From: a virus
Lineage: Duplodnaviria; Caudoviricetes
Length of the DNA: 38,118 nt
Virus record (IMG/VR): IMGVR_UViG_3300020599_000013
Span: 1-38,118 of that record
Strand: one strand, 5' to 3'
Numbering within the stretch: the stretch's first letter is position 1; the number at the start of each line of letters is the position of its first letter. A program made the position numbers and the translations under genes. Positions 26,507 to 34,653 of the stretch are shown here, piece after piece. The notes beneath the pieces were generated by a model, which was not told where the DNA came from, made no database searches, and worked only from the letters and a program-made list of their open reading frames with translations.

Positions 26507-26750
26507 GGAGCGGCGCCGGCCGGCTTCCGTGGCAAAGAGGCACTTCGCCAACGGCCAGCGCCGCCTATGCATGATGGCAAAACGGGTAGGGCGGCGCAGT
26601 CGGATCGCTCTCCTGCGACCGCAGGAAATTGTGGCGCTATGCGTGGGAAGTAGGGCGCCCAGAAAGGGATGGGGCGGTGTCTAAAGCTCGACCATCAGTT
26701 CTTGATTTATCTGGACTTCCGACAAGCTATCTCGCGACTTTGTTTTGGAC

Positions 26751-26775
26751 AGAGCCTGACTATTAGTCAGGCTCT
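26751..26775. repeat. Perfect 12-bp inverted repeat AGAGCCTGACTA-T-TAGTCAGGCTCT
   Basis: Read directly from the sequence. Confidence 0.9.
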
Positions 26776-26801
26776 GCGCGGCCTGGAGCTTGCTTCTTCC
26801 G

Positions 26802-26876
26802 CTACTGCTGCATCATCGGAGTGTGAGCCGCGAGCCCGTCACCACTAGGCTCGGGGAAGGTCTTTCTTTTTGACAT
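26802..26876 (-). CDS. Phage-encoded replacement N-terminus for MutS (MSKRKTFPEPSGDGLAAHTPMMQQ*)
   Basis: ATG 19 nt after the int stop, open in frame into the MutS HTPMMQQ(Y) motif; TAG sits where the Tyr codon would be. Confidence 0.8.
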   Translation of the reverse strand: MSKRKTFPEPSGDGLAAHTPMMQQ

Positions 26877-26895
26877 AGGGGTGTTTGTCTAATAC

Positions 26896-27876
26896 TCAGC
26901 GCACTTTGACAGGCATTGTCGGGGCCTGAGCGATCTTCGGCAACCGCCCCCTGAGATATCGGGCTGTCATCCTGGGATCGGCGTGGCCACCCAGCGCCTG
27001 GGCGCTCTTTCCTTCCTTGTCGGCGTCGGTCAGCGACTTTGCCCTGATGTCGTGAATCACGACATCCTCGATGCCGACCTTTTCCCTGAGCTTGGCGAAT
27101 GCGTCCTTTACGGTTTCATAGCTGACTGGCTTCCCCGCGCGGGTACAGAACAGCGTCAGCGTCCTGACCTTTCTCGGAAGGGCCTTGGCTTGCGCAATGA
27201 CCATTTCGAGATCGGGTGTCATTGTTACAACCAGCTTCGCCTTTGTCTTCTTCTGAACGAAAGCCACACCTTCTTCGCTGATATCGCTTAAGCGAATGGC
27301 TAATACATCGCTAATTCTCTGTCCGGTCAGATAAGCCATTTCGAGAATAGTTCGTATATATGGGCTTGCTGCATTTAGCAGCGCGGCGAATTCGGCATCG
27401 GTGATATACCTGTCCCTCGATTCTTCATCGTGCCGACGTATTCCTGTGCAGGGGTTGGAATCAACCATCTGCCATTCCAGTGCGTAGCCGAAGATAATCC
27501 TGGCAACCGATATTATTCGGTTGCACATATTCGGAGTTTCCGCCAGGTCAGTTTTTACGGCAGCGATGTGTTTGGGCTTCACATCTTGCGGTTCGAACTC
27601 AGCGAAAATAGTCTTTAGGCGCTCCGCTGCAGTCTTGTACTGATCGATAGTGCTACTGGCCAGCTTCTTCACCTTGATATGGTGCGCGATGGCCTTATCA
27701 ATCAGCTCCGCCATTCCTCCCTGCGCCGGCTGCGAAGTCCGGCGTGCATACTCTAGAAGTGACGCCTGGTAATTCTCGCCCAGGCGCTCCCATTTCCCCT
27801 TCCTGACCAGGTAGTAGGCACCATGCTTGTGGTACATGCACTGCGGCAGGTGCCGGTCCTTCTTTCTCGGGCGCAT
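26896..27876 (-). CDS. int: Tyrosine integrase
   Basis: TGQRISDV (R), QKKT (K), HDIRAK (HxxR), LGGH, RY; RBS aggagggagg. Confidence 0.95.
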   Translation of the reverse strand: MRPRKKDRHLPQCMYHKHGAYYLVRKGKWERLGENYQASLLEYARRTSQPAQGGMAELIDKAIAHHIKVKKLASSTIDQYKTAAERLKTIFAEFEPQDVKPKHIAAVKTDLAETPNMCNRIISVARIIFGYALEWQMVDSNPCTGIRRHDEESRDRYITDAEFAALLNAASPYIRTILEMAYLTGQRISDVLAIRLSDISEEGVAFVQKKTKAKLVVTMTPDLEMVIAQAKALPRKVRTLTLFCTRAGKPVSYETVKDAFAKLREKVGIEDVVIHDIRAKSLTDADKEGKSAQALGGHADPRMTARYLRGRLPKIAQAPTMPVKVR

Positions 27877-27886
27877 GCCTCCCTCC

Positions 27887-28090
27887 TCACGAGCCCGTCA
27901 AGCGCAGGCGCGGCTCTTTCTTCTGCTGCTGATTTGACCCTAGTCGGGAAAGCACAACCTCCCGCAGAACCTTGGGGCGACCATCGGCGCCGACCACGTA
28001 GCCGAAACGATGCTCGTCGAGCCAGCGAATTTGCGCGCTGGCACGGGTGCGACCGGTCAGGTCGGCCACCTCTTCAGGTGTCATGAACAT
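27887..28090 (-). CDS. xis: Excisionase-like protein (DUF4224-like)
   Basis: MTPEEVADLTG....AQIRWL......ADGRPKV; directly upstream of int. Confidence 0.8.
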   Translation of the reverse strand: MFMTPEEVADLTGRTRASAQIRWLDEHRFGYVVGADGRPKVLREVVLSRLGSNQQQKKEPRLRLTGS

Positions 28091-28138
28091 GGCAATACCT
28101 CATCGCGCCGGCGCTGGCCGGCGATGGTGGAATGGTGA

Positions 28139-28303
28139 TCAGAACTTCGGCTGCAGGTAGAACCAGCGGCCTTTGATGAACTCGGCGCGCTCAGCCCGGG
28201 ACGGCCAGCGCTGGCCGATGGCGCCGCACTTGCTGCAGCGGATATGCAGGGGTGTGGAGAAGATCCAGGTGTGGCGGTCTGGAGGGCAGGGTGGGTCGCT
28301 CAT
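28139..28303 (-). CDS. Small Cys/His protein (MSDPPC...RCSKCG), possible zinc ribbon
   Basis: ATGA overlap with the upstream gene; C-x4-H...CxxC. Confidence 0.55.
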   Translation of the reverse strand: MSDPPCPPDRHTWIFSTPLHIRCSKCGAIGQRWPSRAERAEFIKGRWFYLQPKF

Positions 28304-28644
28304 TCCATCTGCCTCCCGATCTCGGCCGCGGCGCGGGTGATTGCGCGGCGAGTGGCTTGATAGCGATCCAGTTCGCCGAGTTCTTCTTCGATGCCCTCGC
28401 CAACCCATCCGCCGTAGATGTACACCTTCGCTTCTTCTTCGTTGAAGTCGATCTGGACGTCGAGGTTCAGCTTCACCGCCAGCCGCAGCGCATCACCGTC
28501 GTCATGCAGTGGATCCCACTGCTTCCAGCGCCCTGACTCTGCGAGGATTACCGGTACTGGCGGCTGGGAAAGGCTGCGCATCGAAGTAGAGAACTGGTAG
28601 TCGGCCGCCTTCGCCGCCAGCTCCAGCAGTTCACGGTCGGTCAT
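28300..28644 (-). CDS. Conserved phage hypothetical (MTDRELLELAAKA...WDPLHDDGDALRLAV...RRAITRAAAEIG)
   Basis: Familiar early-arm phage protein pattern; ATGA overlap. Confidence 0.75.
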   Translation of the reverse strand: MTDRELLELAAKAADYQFSTSMRSLSQPPVPVILAESGRWKQWDPLHDDGDALRLAVKLNLDVQIDFNEEEAKVYIYGGWVGEGIEEELGELDRYQATRRAITRAAAEIGRQME

Positions 28645-28937
28645 GGCTTGTCTCCCCACTTCACTTCCAGCCACAGGTCGACAAATTGACGTTCCTCGGC
28701 CCGAACAGCGCAAACGTAGCCGAGGCCGCGCAGCTCCTTCAGGATCGCGATGCACAGCTTCGGGTAGTCGCATTCGTTGCAGTAGGTGCTAGTTCCGAAA
28801 CCATAATCGCGGGTGGTGTACACGTACTTGCCTTCGGCGGCAGCCTTGGCGATGCCGGCGAGGATGGTATCGACGGCGAAGGCTGGGTCCTGTGCGCGCG
28901 CCATGTCGCGGGCTTGCTCAGCGGTTAGTCGGCTCAT
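28641..28937 (-). CDS. Hypothetical protein
   Basis: 98 aa; part of an ATGA-overlap chain. Confidence 0.7.
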   Translation of the reverse strand: MSRLTAEQARDMARAQDPAFAVDTILAGIAKAAAEGKYVYTTRDYGFGTSTYCNECDYPKLCIAILKELRGLGYVCAVRAEERQFVDLWLEVKWGDKP

Positions 28938-29191
28938 GGCTGCTTCACCTCTATTCCGGCTTGCTGGAGGGCTTCTCGCACTTCGCCTTCGACAAGGCCG
29001 AACTCACCTGTATCGTCGTCGCCGAACCATTCAAGTTCAGGCAACTCCACCCTCAGAGCCGCGCGGCTGGCTTGCCAGGCATGCAGCATCCACTTCTCTA
29101 TGGCATCACCAAGCGGCTCAAAGCCTCTAGCCTCCACTCTTTCTCGAACTCCAGCGATATACTCTTCAAACTCTTCTCGAATGTCGGTCAT
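28934..29191 (-). CDS. Hypothetical protein (W.AWQASRA motif)
   Basis: 85 aa; ATGA overlap. Confidence 0.7.
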   Translation of the reverse strand: MTDIREEFEEYIAGVRERVEARGFEPLGDAIEKWMLHAWQASRAALRVELPELEWFGDDDTGEFGLVEGEVREALQQAGIEVKQP

Positions 29192-29457
29192 GGCCGAATC
29201 TCCAGGGCACCCTTGAGCAGCCAGCGGGCCAGACGCTCACGCCATGTCATATACCGAGACTCGCCGCGAGCATTGGTTATCAGAAGACCAGGGAAGTCCT
29301 CGGACACGCGCACAGCATGTTTGTCGAGCGCGTGCGATGCTTCATGCAGGACGTGCTTCGCCTCGGCCTCATGCTTCGGGCCGTTGTAGCTGAGGCATTG
29401 GGCGACACCCTGGCACTTGCTGGCCAGTTCGGATTCATAGGAAATTTCGTCAGGCAC
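29188..29457 (-). CDS. Hypothetical protein (probable GTG start at 29457)
   Basis: RBS gaggag upstream of the GTG. Confidence 0.6.
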   Translation of the reverse strand: MPDEISYESELASKCQGVAQCLSYNGPKHEAEAKHVLHEASHALDKHAVRVSEDFPGLLITNARGESRYMTWRERLARWLLKGALEIRP

Positions 29458-29893
29458 GGTCGTTCTCCTCAAGGCGTTTCCAGCCTTCCTGATCATCCTC
29501 ACGACCTCCCCATTCGATCTCGGGCTTGCGCCATCCGTTGATCAGGCCATGGGCATTGACCTTGAAGATGATGTAGTCGCCATAGCCGTTCTCGGTCGGG
29601 CAGAGGAAGTCGTCCGGTACGTAGTAGCCGGCCCACTGGGCGACACGTTGCCGGTTGTCGTCGAGCAGCCAGTACTGGCCTGCGTCGCAGACCCTGTAGT
29701 GGATGTCGGCGATCATGCCGGCCGGCCAGTCCATCACCATGCCATCTTCCAGGCGGATCACTGGACACCAGAGGTCGCCACGACGAAACGGCACCAGATC
29801 ACCTTCGCTGTCCTCCTGTCCGTTAATCTTGGTGTCTTCCCAGTAGCGCACTTCGGCGCTCACTTCGATGTAGGTTGCTTGAATGTCGGGCAC
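29450..29893 (-). CDS. Hypothetical protein, Trp/Asp-rich (probable GTG start)
   Basis: RBS ggagg before the GTG; VRYWED, YRVCDAG, YGDYI motifs. Confidence 0.7.
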   Translation of the reverse strand: MPDIQATYIEVSAEVRYWEDTKINGQEDSEGDLVPFRRGDLWCPVIRLEDGMVMDWPAGMIADIHYRVCDAGQYWLLDDNRQRVAQWAGYYVPDDFLCPTENGYGDYIIFKVNAHGLINGWRKPEIEWGGREDDQEGWKRLEENDRA

Positions 29894-29933
29894 GGTAATG
29901 CCTCCCATATGGGTGTGCGGTTAAGGGGAATGG

Positions 29934-30221
29934 TTAGGATTGGAGGAGGGCGCGGAGTTCGTCGGCAAGATCGGATGCAATGGATGCACTTGGTGATCCA
30001 ATCGCGTCGTACTCGATGTGATCCTGCAAGCGCTTCAATAGCTCGATTGGCACCAGCACCTGGTCGGCGGGGATTTCCACCAGCGGAACGCGCCGGTGCT
30101 GCCAGCCCCAGAGTTCGGCATTGCATTCCCGCACAGGGTTGGCATCACCAATCTCGATGCGATCCTCGTTTCCGGCACGGGTGTAGACCGTCGCCCAGGC
30201 GATGGGCTTCAGCTCAGGCAT
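29934..30221 (-). CDS. Hypothetical protein
   Basis: 95 aa; RBS aaggag. Confidence 0.65.
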   Translation of the reverse strand: MPELKPIAWATVYTRAGNEDRIEIGDANPVRECNAELWGWQHRRVPLVEIPADQVLVPIELLKRLQDHIEYDAIGSPSASIASDLADELRALLQS

Positions 30222-30915
30222 GGCCGTTCTCCTTCCCCTCGCCGAGCAGGTCGCGAAGTTCTTCCATCACTTGGCCGGCGTAGTACTCGCCAGCATCAAC
30301 AGGCGCATGGCCGTCAACGATGCCATGGGAATCGACTGCAGATCCGCACATGCAATGGCCCTCTCTAAAATCGCCGTGCTCCATCAGTTCGAGCCATTTG
30401 CGCAACAGCCCCTCGCTCACCGCCTTGCCGTTGAGGCACGCCAGTTCGTCGAGGCAGGCGTTCCAGCCTGTTCGATACCAATATTCCTTCGGTTCATCGG
30501 CTGCAATGCGCTCCGGCACAACCACCACCCTTGCGCGCAGGGCCTCCAAGTCTCGCGTAAGCTGCTCGACTTCGCTCTGCCGATGCTTGGTGCCCATCCG
30601 GCGACCTTCGTCGTAGCCGGACTGGTAGCTGTTGGCGTCGGACTGCAAGGCTTTGACCTGATCCCTGAGCGCCTGGGCCTCGGTGCGCAGTTGCTCAAGC
30701 TCGGAAGGCTGCCCAGTAACCCTGGCCTCGATCATGCCCCAGACGGTTTCATATTCCGGCCAGTCGGACTCGACCACGACATACTCTCGGTGCGGGATAT
30801 GGGACATCAGCGAGCCGAGGGGCTCGACAAGGCTACGACGGTATGCAACGGGAACGAGTGCCAGATCCTTCCGCTTGATGACGATGTAGCGGCACTCTCG
30901 CTCGAATTTGCTCAT
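30214..30915 (-). CDS. Mosaic early-arm hypothetical (MSKFERECRYIVIK...GWNACLDE)
   Basis: RBS gggggag; contains the GWNAC and VVVESDWPEYE motifs common in lambdoid accessory genes. Confidence 0.7.
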   Translation of the reverse strand: MSKFERECRYIVIKRKDLALVPVAYRRSLVEPLGSLMSHIPHREYVVVESDWPEYETVWGMIEARVTGQPSELEQLRTEAQALRDQVKALQSDANSYQSGYDEGRRMGTKHRQSEVEQLTRDLEALRARVVVVPERIAADEPKEYWYRTGWNACLDELACLNGKAVSEGLLRKWLELMEHGDFREGHCMCGSAVDSHGIVDGHAPVDAGEYYAGQVMEELRDLLGEGKENGHA

Positions 30916-30917
30916 GG

Positions 30918-31727
30918 TCACTCCCCCTTCGCCGGCTGAGGCGAGGCGGCGAGCATCTTCGACCAGATCCCTCGCCGGGCCTGGCGCTGAACACAAGTCA
31001 AGTCGTCGTGCCCGTGGTGCTGACAGGATGATCCGTTCAGCATCATCTCCTTGGTCGGCTCTACGGGGACCAGCTTCCACCCCTCCGGCACGCTGTGCTG
31101 AGCCTGGGCTACAGGGGCGGTGTAGAGCGGCGTTCCGATGGGCAGGTTGCGGGTAATGATGTCGCTCGTTCCGTTATCGCTGAATGTCTCTTCCGAGACT
31201 GCTGTCACTGGCGCTTGCTTCTCCAGCTCGGCCAGGCGAGACAGAACGGCGTCGCGTTCTTTTGCGAAGTGTTCGGCCCTTCGGGTTTGGTATTCAGCCT
31301 GCGATTCAGCCCCGTCAATCTTCTCCCGGAGCGCCCCGACGATGCGCTCGGCGTCGACGAACTTCACATAGCGCCCAGTATCCTGGCGAACCAAGTCAGG
31401 CGAGAACGCTTCGTAGGAGCTTCCCCAGCGTTCGAGCACGGCCAGCTCCGGCGCCGGGGAAGGTTGCTGTGCGGCACGCAGGCAACTGCGGTGCTCGCTA
31501 TCCGTCACGAGATAGCCACAGCACTGGCAGCGTATCGGGGAGGGTTGCGCCAGGGCGGCGCGTAACTCCCAGCCGCTCCACAGATGTCGAACATGGTCGC
31601 TGACATACGCCCCGTGATGATCACGCTCGACAGGAAGGCCGAGACCTAGCATCTCGGCCTCAAACGCCTGTCGCTCCCCCTGCGCGCCCTCTGCCTGCTC
31701 GAGGTGCTGATTCAGTTCCTTGCTCAT
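30918..31727 (-). CDS. Mosaic early-arm hypothetical (Ea/Ead-like modules)
   Basis: PLYTAP and VPEGWKLVPVEPTKEM modules. Confidence 0.7.
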   Translation of the reverse strand: MSKELNQHLEQAEGAQGERQAFEAEMLGLGLPVERDHHGAYVSDHVRHLWSGWELRAALAQPSPIRCQCCGYLVTDSEHRSCLRAAQQPSPAPELAVLERWGSSYEAFSPDLVRQDTGRYVKFVDAERIVGALREKIDGAESQAEYQTRRAEHFAKERDAVLSRLAELEKQAPVTAVSEETFSDNGTSDIITRNLPIGTPLYTAPVAQAQHSVPEGWKLVPVEPTKEMMLNGSSCQHHGHDDLTCVQRQARRGIWSKMLAASPQPAKGE

Positions 31728-31942
31728 ACTTTCGTCCTCGTGTGCTTGGCGATGAACTCAGCAGCCTCTGTGCTCAGCTGCTGGCCGCCGATTCCGTTGG
31801 TAAGGTGGGATTTCATGCGCCGGATCAGGTCGAGGGCCTGCTGGTGGAACAGGGCTTCCTCCAACTGGGCTTGGTAATGCGCGTGCGGGTTCGCGATCAG
31901 CTCGGTGATACCGCGCTGAACGGCTGATTCGTCGAGGGACAT
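31724..31942 (-). CDS. Hypothetical protein
   Basis: 72 aa; RBS gagg; ATGA overlap. Confidence 0.65.
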   Translation of the reverse strand: MSLDESAVQRGITELIANPHAHYQAQLEEALFHQQALDLIRRMKSHLTNGIGGQQLSTEAAEFIAKHTRTKV

Positions 31943-31989
31943 GAGGTAACCTCGCGCCGTAGTGGCGCAATGGCATGGAGTGGGGCAGG

Positions 31990-32784
31990 TCAGGAAGTAG
32001 CTTCGAGATACGCGCCTATGAACTGCGTCGCCGCTTCAGCATTGATGGCGTTTCCGTAGGCGCGCAGTCGTCCCACTCGGGCGGGAGCCCCATGAGCCAG
32101 CGGGAATGTGCCGGGTTCAACTGCCCGCCACTTTCCATCCCGGCAGAAGATCCAGTCAGCATCTGCCCATGGGCCGTTAACCGGGCCGGGCCTGATAGCG
32201 TTGCTATCGCATTCAACCCATTCGGGCCGTTCTCCCGATAGCTCACCTTGCCGCGCTTCTCCGCATCGTTCGCTGTGCAGGTTGGCCATCCAGTACGTGC
32301 GGTCGCGGATGTGCGGAGCACCGACGCCCGCAGACGGAAACGCGACAGCCCCGAAGGCATAGTCCATGGCTTCCAGGTCAGTCTGTACAAGGTCGAGCCA
32401 AGGCTCTGCGTCCTTGCTTGCAACCTGCTCACCAAGGACTTCTCCAGGGCGGCGCTCGCGAATGAGCCAGGCAAAATGTGGCCAGAGGTGGCGCGGGTCA
32501 TCAAACCCAAGTCCTTGGCCTGCCTGGGAGTAAGGTTGGCAAGGGCAGGAACCGGTCCAAACAGGTCGATCATCTGGCCAGCCGGCGCGGCGAAGGGCGA
32601 GTGACCAGACGCCGATGCCGGCGAAGAAGTGGCACTGGGTGTAAGGGCGGAGGTCATCGGGGTGTACGTCCTCTATGGATCGTTCATCGACGTCGCCTGG
32701 CGCGATGTGGCCGGCGGCGATCAGGTTGCGGAGCCACTGGGCGGCGTAGGTATCAATTTCGTTGTAATAAGCTGCCGCCGGCAT
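31990..32784 (-). CDS. C5 DNA cytosine methyltransferase, alpha polypeptide
   Basis: FFAGIG (I), GSCPCQPYS (IV), EQV (VI), HIRDRTYW (VIII), LRAYGNAI (X); no motif IX. Confidence 0.9.
   Translation of the reverse strand: MPAAAYYNEIDTYAAQWLRNLIAAGHIAPGDVDERSIEDVHPDDLRPYTQCHFFAGIGVWSLALRRAGWPDDRPVWTGSCPCQPYSQAGQGLGFDDPRHLWPHFAWLIRERRPGEVLGEQVASKDAEPWLDLVQTDLEAMDYAFGAVAFPSAGVGAPHIRDRTYWMANLHSERCGEARQGELSGERPEWVECDSNAIRPGPVNGPWADADWIFCRDGKWRAVEPGTFPLAHGAPARVGRLRAYGNAINAEAATQFIGAYLEATS
32016..32657 (-). CDS. Nested alternative-frame ORF, probable MTase beta polypeptide supplying motif IX
   Basis: Ends in [19 protein letters not shown], resembling motif IX. True start uncertain. Confidence 0.7.
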   Translation of the reverse strand: MTSALTPSATSSPASASGHSPFAAPAGQMIDLFGPVPALANLTPRQAKDLGLMTRATSGHILPGSFASAALEKSLVSRLQARTQSLGSTLYRLTWKPWTMPSGLSRFRLRASVLRTSATARTGWPTCTANDAEKRGKVSYRENGPNGLNAIATLSGPARLTAHGQMLTGSSAGMESGGQLNPAHSRWLMGLPPEWDDCAPTETPSMLKRRRSS

Positions 32785-32787
32785 AAC

Positions 32788-33176
32788 TCACTCCTTGTCG
32801 TCTTCAGTCACCGAGGCGCAGCCGCTGTCGAGGTTGCGCAGGTCCTGAATGGAAATGGTGTTGGTGCCATCGGTGACGGACCAGGTCGGTAGCTCAAGAT
32901 GCCTGAACGTCCCGCAGAAGTGGCGATAGGCGCCCAGCGCAGCGCGCCGGAATGACTTGGCGGCAACCTGTCCAACCGGGATGTCTTTACCCCCCCCCCT
33001 GTCAGGCGAAGCTCGTAGACGTTCAAGTCGGCGATACGCCTGACCGCCGCGCGGATGGTGCTCGGGGCGCAGGAGAACTCTTCGGCGACTTCGCTGACGG
33101 ACTTGCTGACCAAGGCGTTGAAGATCAGCTGGTCGCGGCCTGGATTGCGCGGGCCGGCGTAGATGACTGCTTGCAT
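32788..33176 (-). pseudogene. HTH-like gene frameshifted at a G10 tract
   Basis: N-part SVSEVAEEFSCAPSTIRAAV; with G8 or G11 the frame continues GKDIPVGQVAAKSFRR...EDDKE* and stops 3 nt before the MTase ATG. Confidence 0.65.
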
Positions 33177-33254
33177 TGGGTTTCTCCAGACAAAGCTCCG
33201 CCGCGCCGCGAGTGCAGCGGAGGGCGAATTTGTGTTCGTGACAGAGAGGCGTGA

Positions 33255-33503
33255 CTAGTGGCTGGCCAGCTCGGCCAGTGACTCGTCGTCGAGGCGATCA
33301 GAGCCATGGATGAGGCGTTGGATCACGTCCTGCGGCTCGTCGATACCGAGTCTTGCCATGGTGCGAATCAGCGCCATGTCCGTGGACTTGTAGAGGTCCA
33401 GGCTGATGCGGCGGGAGAGTAGGCGAGCAAGACGCTCCTCCTCCTTCATCCTGTCCCGCTCCCTCTTTTCGGCTTGGCGTTGGGCGGCGGTCTTGGCGGT
33501 CAT
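33255..33503 (-). CDS. Hypothetical protein (MTAKTAAQRQAEKRER), possible small DNA-binding protein
   Basis: ATGA overlap; basic N-terminal helix. Confidence 0.7.
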   Translation of the reverse strand: MTAKTAAQRQAEKRERDRMKEEERLARLLSRRISLDLYKSTDMALIRTMARLGIDEPQDVIQRLIHGSDRLDDESLAELASH

Positions 33504-34036
33504 TGCGACACCCCAAGCGTGATACCGAACTCGCGGGCGATCTTGCGCACCGTGGTCTCGCTGACGCCGCAGCGGATGGCGCAGGTCGCAACCCCGAGAT
33601 GGGCGTAGGCTTCGATCTTTGGCACCAGCGCCCGACGCGCCTCGGCCATCTTGTCCGACTTCGACTTGGCCAGTTCGGCGACATCCGGGAAGACGATGTT
33701 GTTCTCGAAGCACAGGGCCATGAACAGCATCTTGCCGATGCCGGCGGTTTCTCTGGCCTGGGTTCGGGACTGACCTGCTTCGGCGGCGATCTGGATCAGT
33801 TGGATCAGCCTCGCCTCTTCCTCGATGGTGATGCGGTGCTTCTTGGGCGCGTCCCGGCGTCGGGGTGGTTTCGGAGTAACCGTGACAACCTTCCGTGACG
33901 GGATGGGGATGCGCTCGACGAAGCCCGGGAGTTCGGTGATGTGGCCACCGCCGGCCAGATACTGCTCAACCTGGCCGGCCAGTTGCTCTCGACGATCTTC
34001 CAGCGGATGACGTGTGCGGTAGTCGATGGGGATCAT
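33500..34036 (-). CDS. Hypothetical protein with HTH-like C-terminus
   Basis: VEQYLAGGGHITEL; CAIRCGVSETTVRKIA. Confidence 0.7.
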   Translation of the reverse strand: MIPIDYRTRHPLEDRREQLAGQVEQYLAGGGHITELPGFVERIPIPSRKVVTVTPKPPRRRDAPKKHRITIEEEARLIQLIQIAAEAGQSRTQARETAGIGKMLFMALCFENNIVFPDVAELAKSKSDKMAEARRALVPKIEAYAHLGVATCAIRCGVSETTVRKIAREFGITLGVSQ

Positions 34037-34650
34037 GCTGCCACCCCCATGACGCGCTCCATGCGCTCTTCCATGATTTCGTAGAAGGTCTTTACCCGCT
34101 CGGCGATGGTCCGAATCATCGCCTCATCGCGGTACATGCGCTTGATGAACAGAGGCATGCCGGGCCAGTAGCTGATGAAGTCGATCCACTCGCGCTCTGA
34201 AGCCCACAGGCCGCCTTGACACTGAGCAATGTGCTCCTTCGGAACTTCGCCACTTAGGAGCACCCCGACTTGGAATTTAGGGAGCTTAGTCTTGATCTCA
34301 GCCAGTCCGTCGACGCCGACAAGGGCATCCGGCGAGTAGCCTATTCCGTGGTTCAGGATGATCGCTACTTGCTCCAGTTCGGCACCGGTGCGCGCGACAT
34401 AGAACTCGCCTGCCTTTCCTTCCAGTTCGTGGCCGCGCTCGGTATGACGATTACCCTGGAATGGATCGGCGGCTTCTTCGGTGATGCGTTCGCCAATGAG
34501 CTGGTCCATGTAGCTGAAGGCACCGGCGCCGAACCCAGCCTGCCCCTTACCGTTGACCAGCAAACAGTCCAACTCGCTGCAGGTGATGATGCCCAGGCGC
34601 AGGTTGAGCCATTCCTGGGAGCCTTGCTCGATACCCCGAATAATTTGCAT
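34033..34650 (-). CDS. YqaJ/lambda-exonuclease family nuclease
   Basis: QGSQEWLNLRLGIITCS, RGHELE, YSPDALV, EIK, QCQGGLW. Confidence 0.92.
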   Translation of the reverse strand: MQIIRGIEQGSQEWLNLRLGIITCSELDCLLVNGKGQAGFGAGAFSYMDQLIGERITEEAADPFQGNRHTERGHELEGKAGEFYVARTGAELEQVAIILNHGIGYSPDALVGVDGLAEIKTKLPKFQVGVLLSGEVPKEHIAQCQGGLWASEREWIDFISYWPGMPLFIKRMYRDEAMIRTIAERVKTFYEIMEERMERVMGVAA

Positions 34651-34653
34651 GGT

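Larger units (their letters stand above)
26670..26895. mobile_element. attP region with a mutS-homologous core (about 26803-26828)
   Basis: Intergenic between lysis genes and the int 3' end; the minus strand reads GCT CAC ACT CCG ATG ATG CAG CAG TA (AHTPMMQQ); repeated TGTCNAA heptamers; IHF-like site at 26696-26710. Confidence 0.8.

Noticed and set aside
26507-26895. tRNA/tmRNA-type att core
   Set aside because: No tRNA 3'-end sequence; the core matches the MutS motif instead.
26870-26898. Sigma70 promoter antisense to int (TTGACA at 26870)
   Set aside because: No convincing -10 at 16-18 bp spacing; the hexamer is better explained as part of the TGTCNAA repeats and the replacement start codon.
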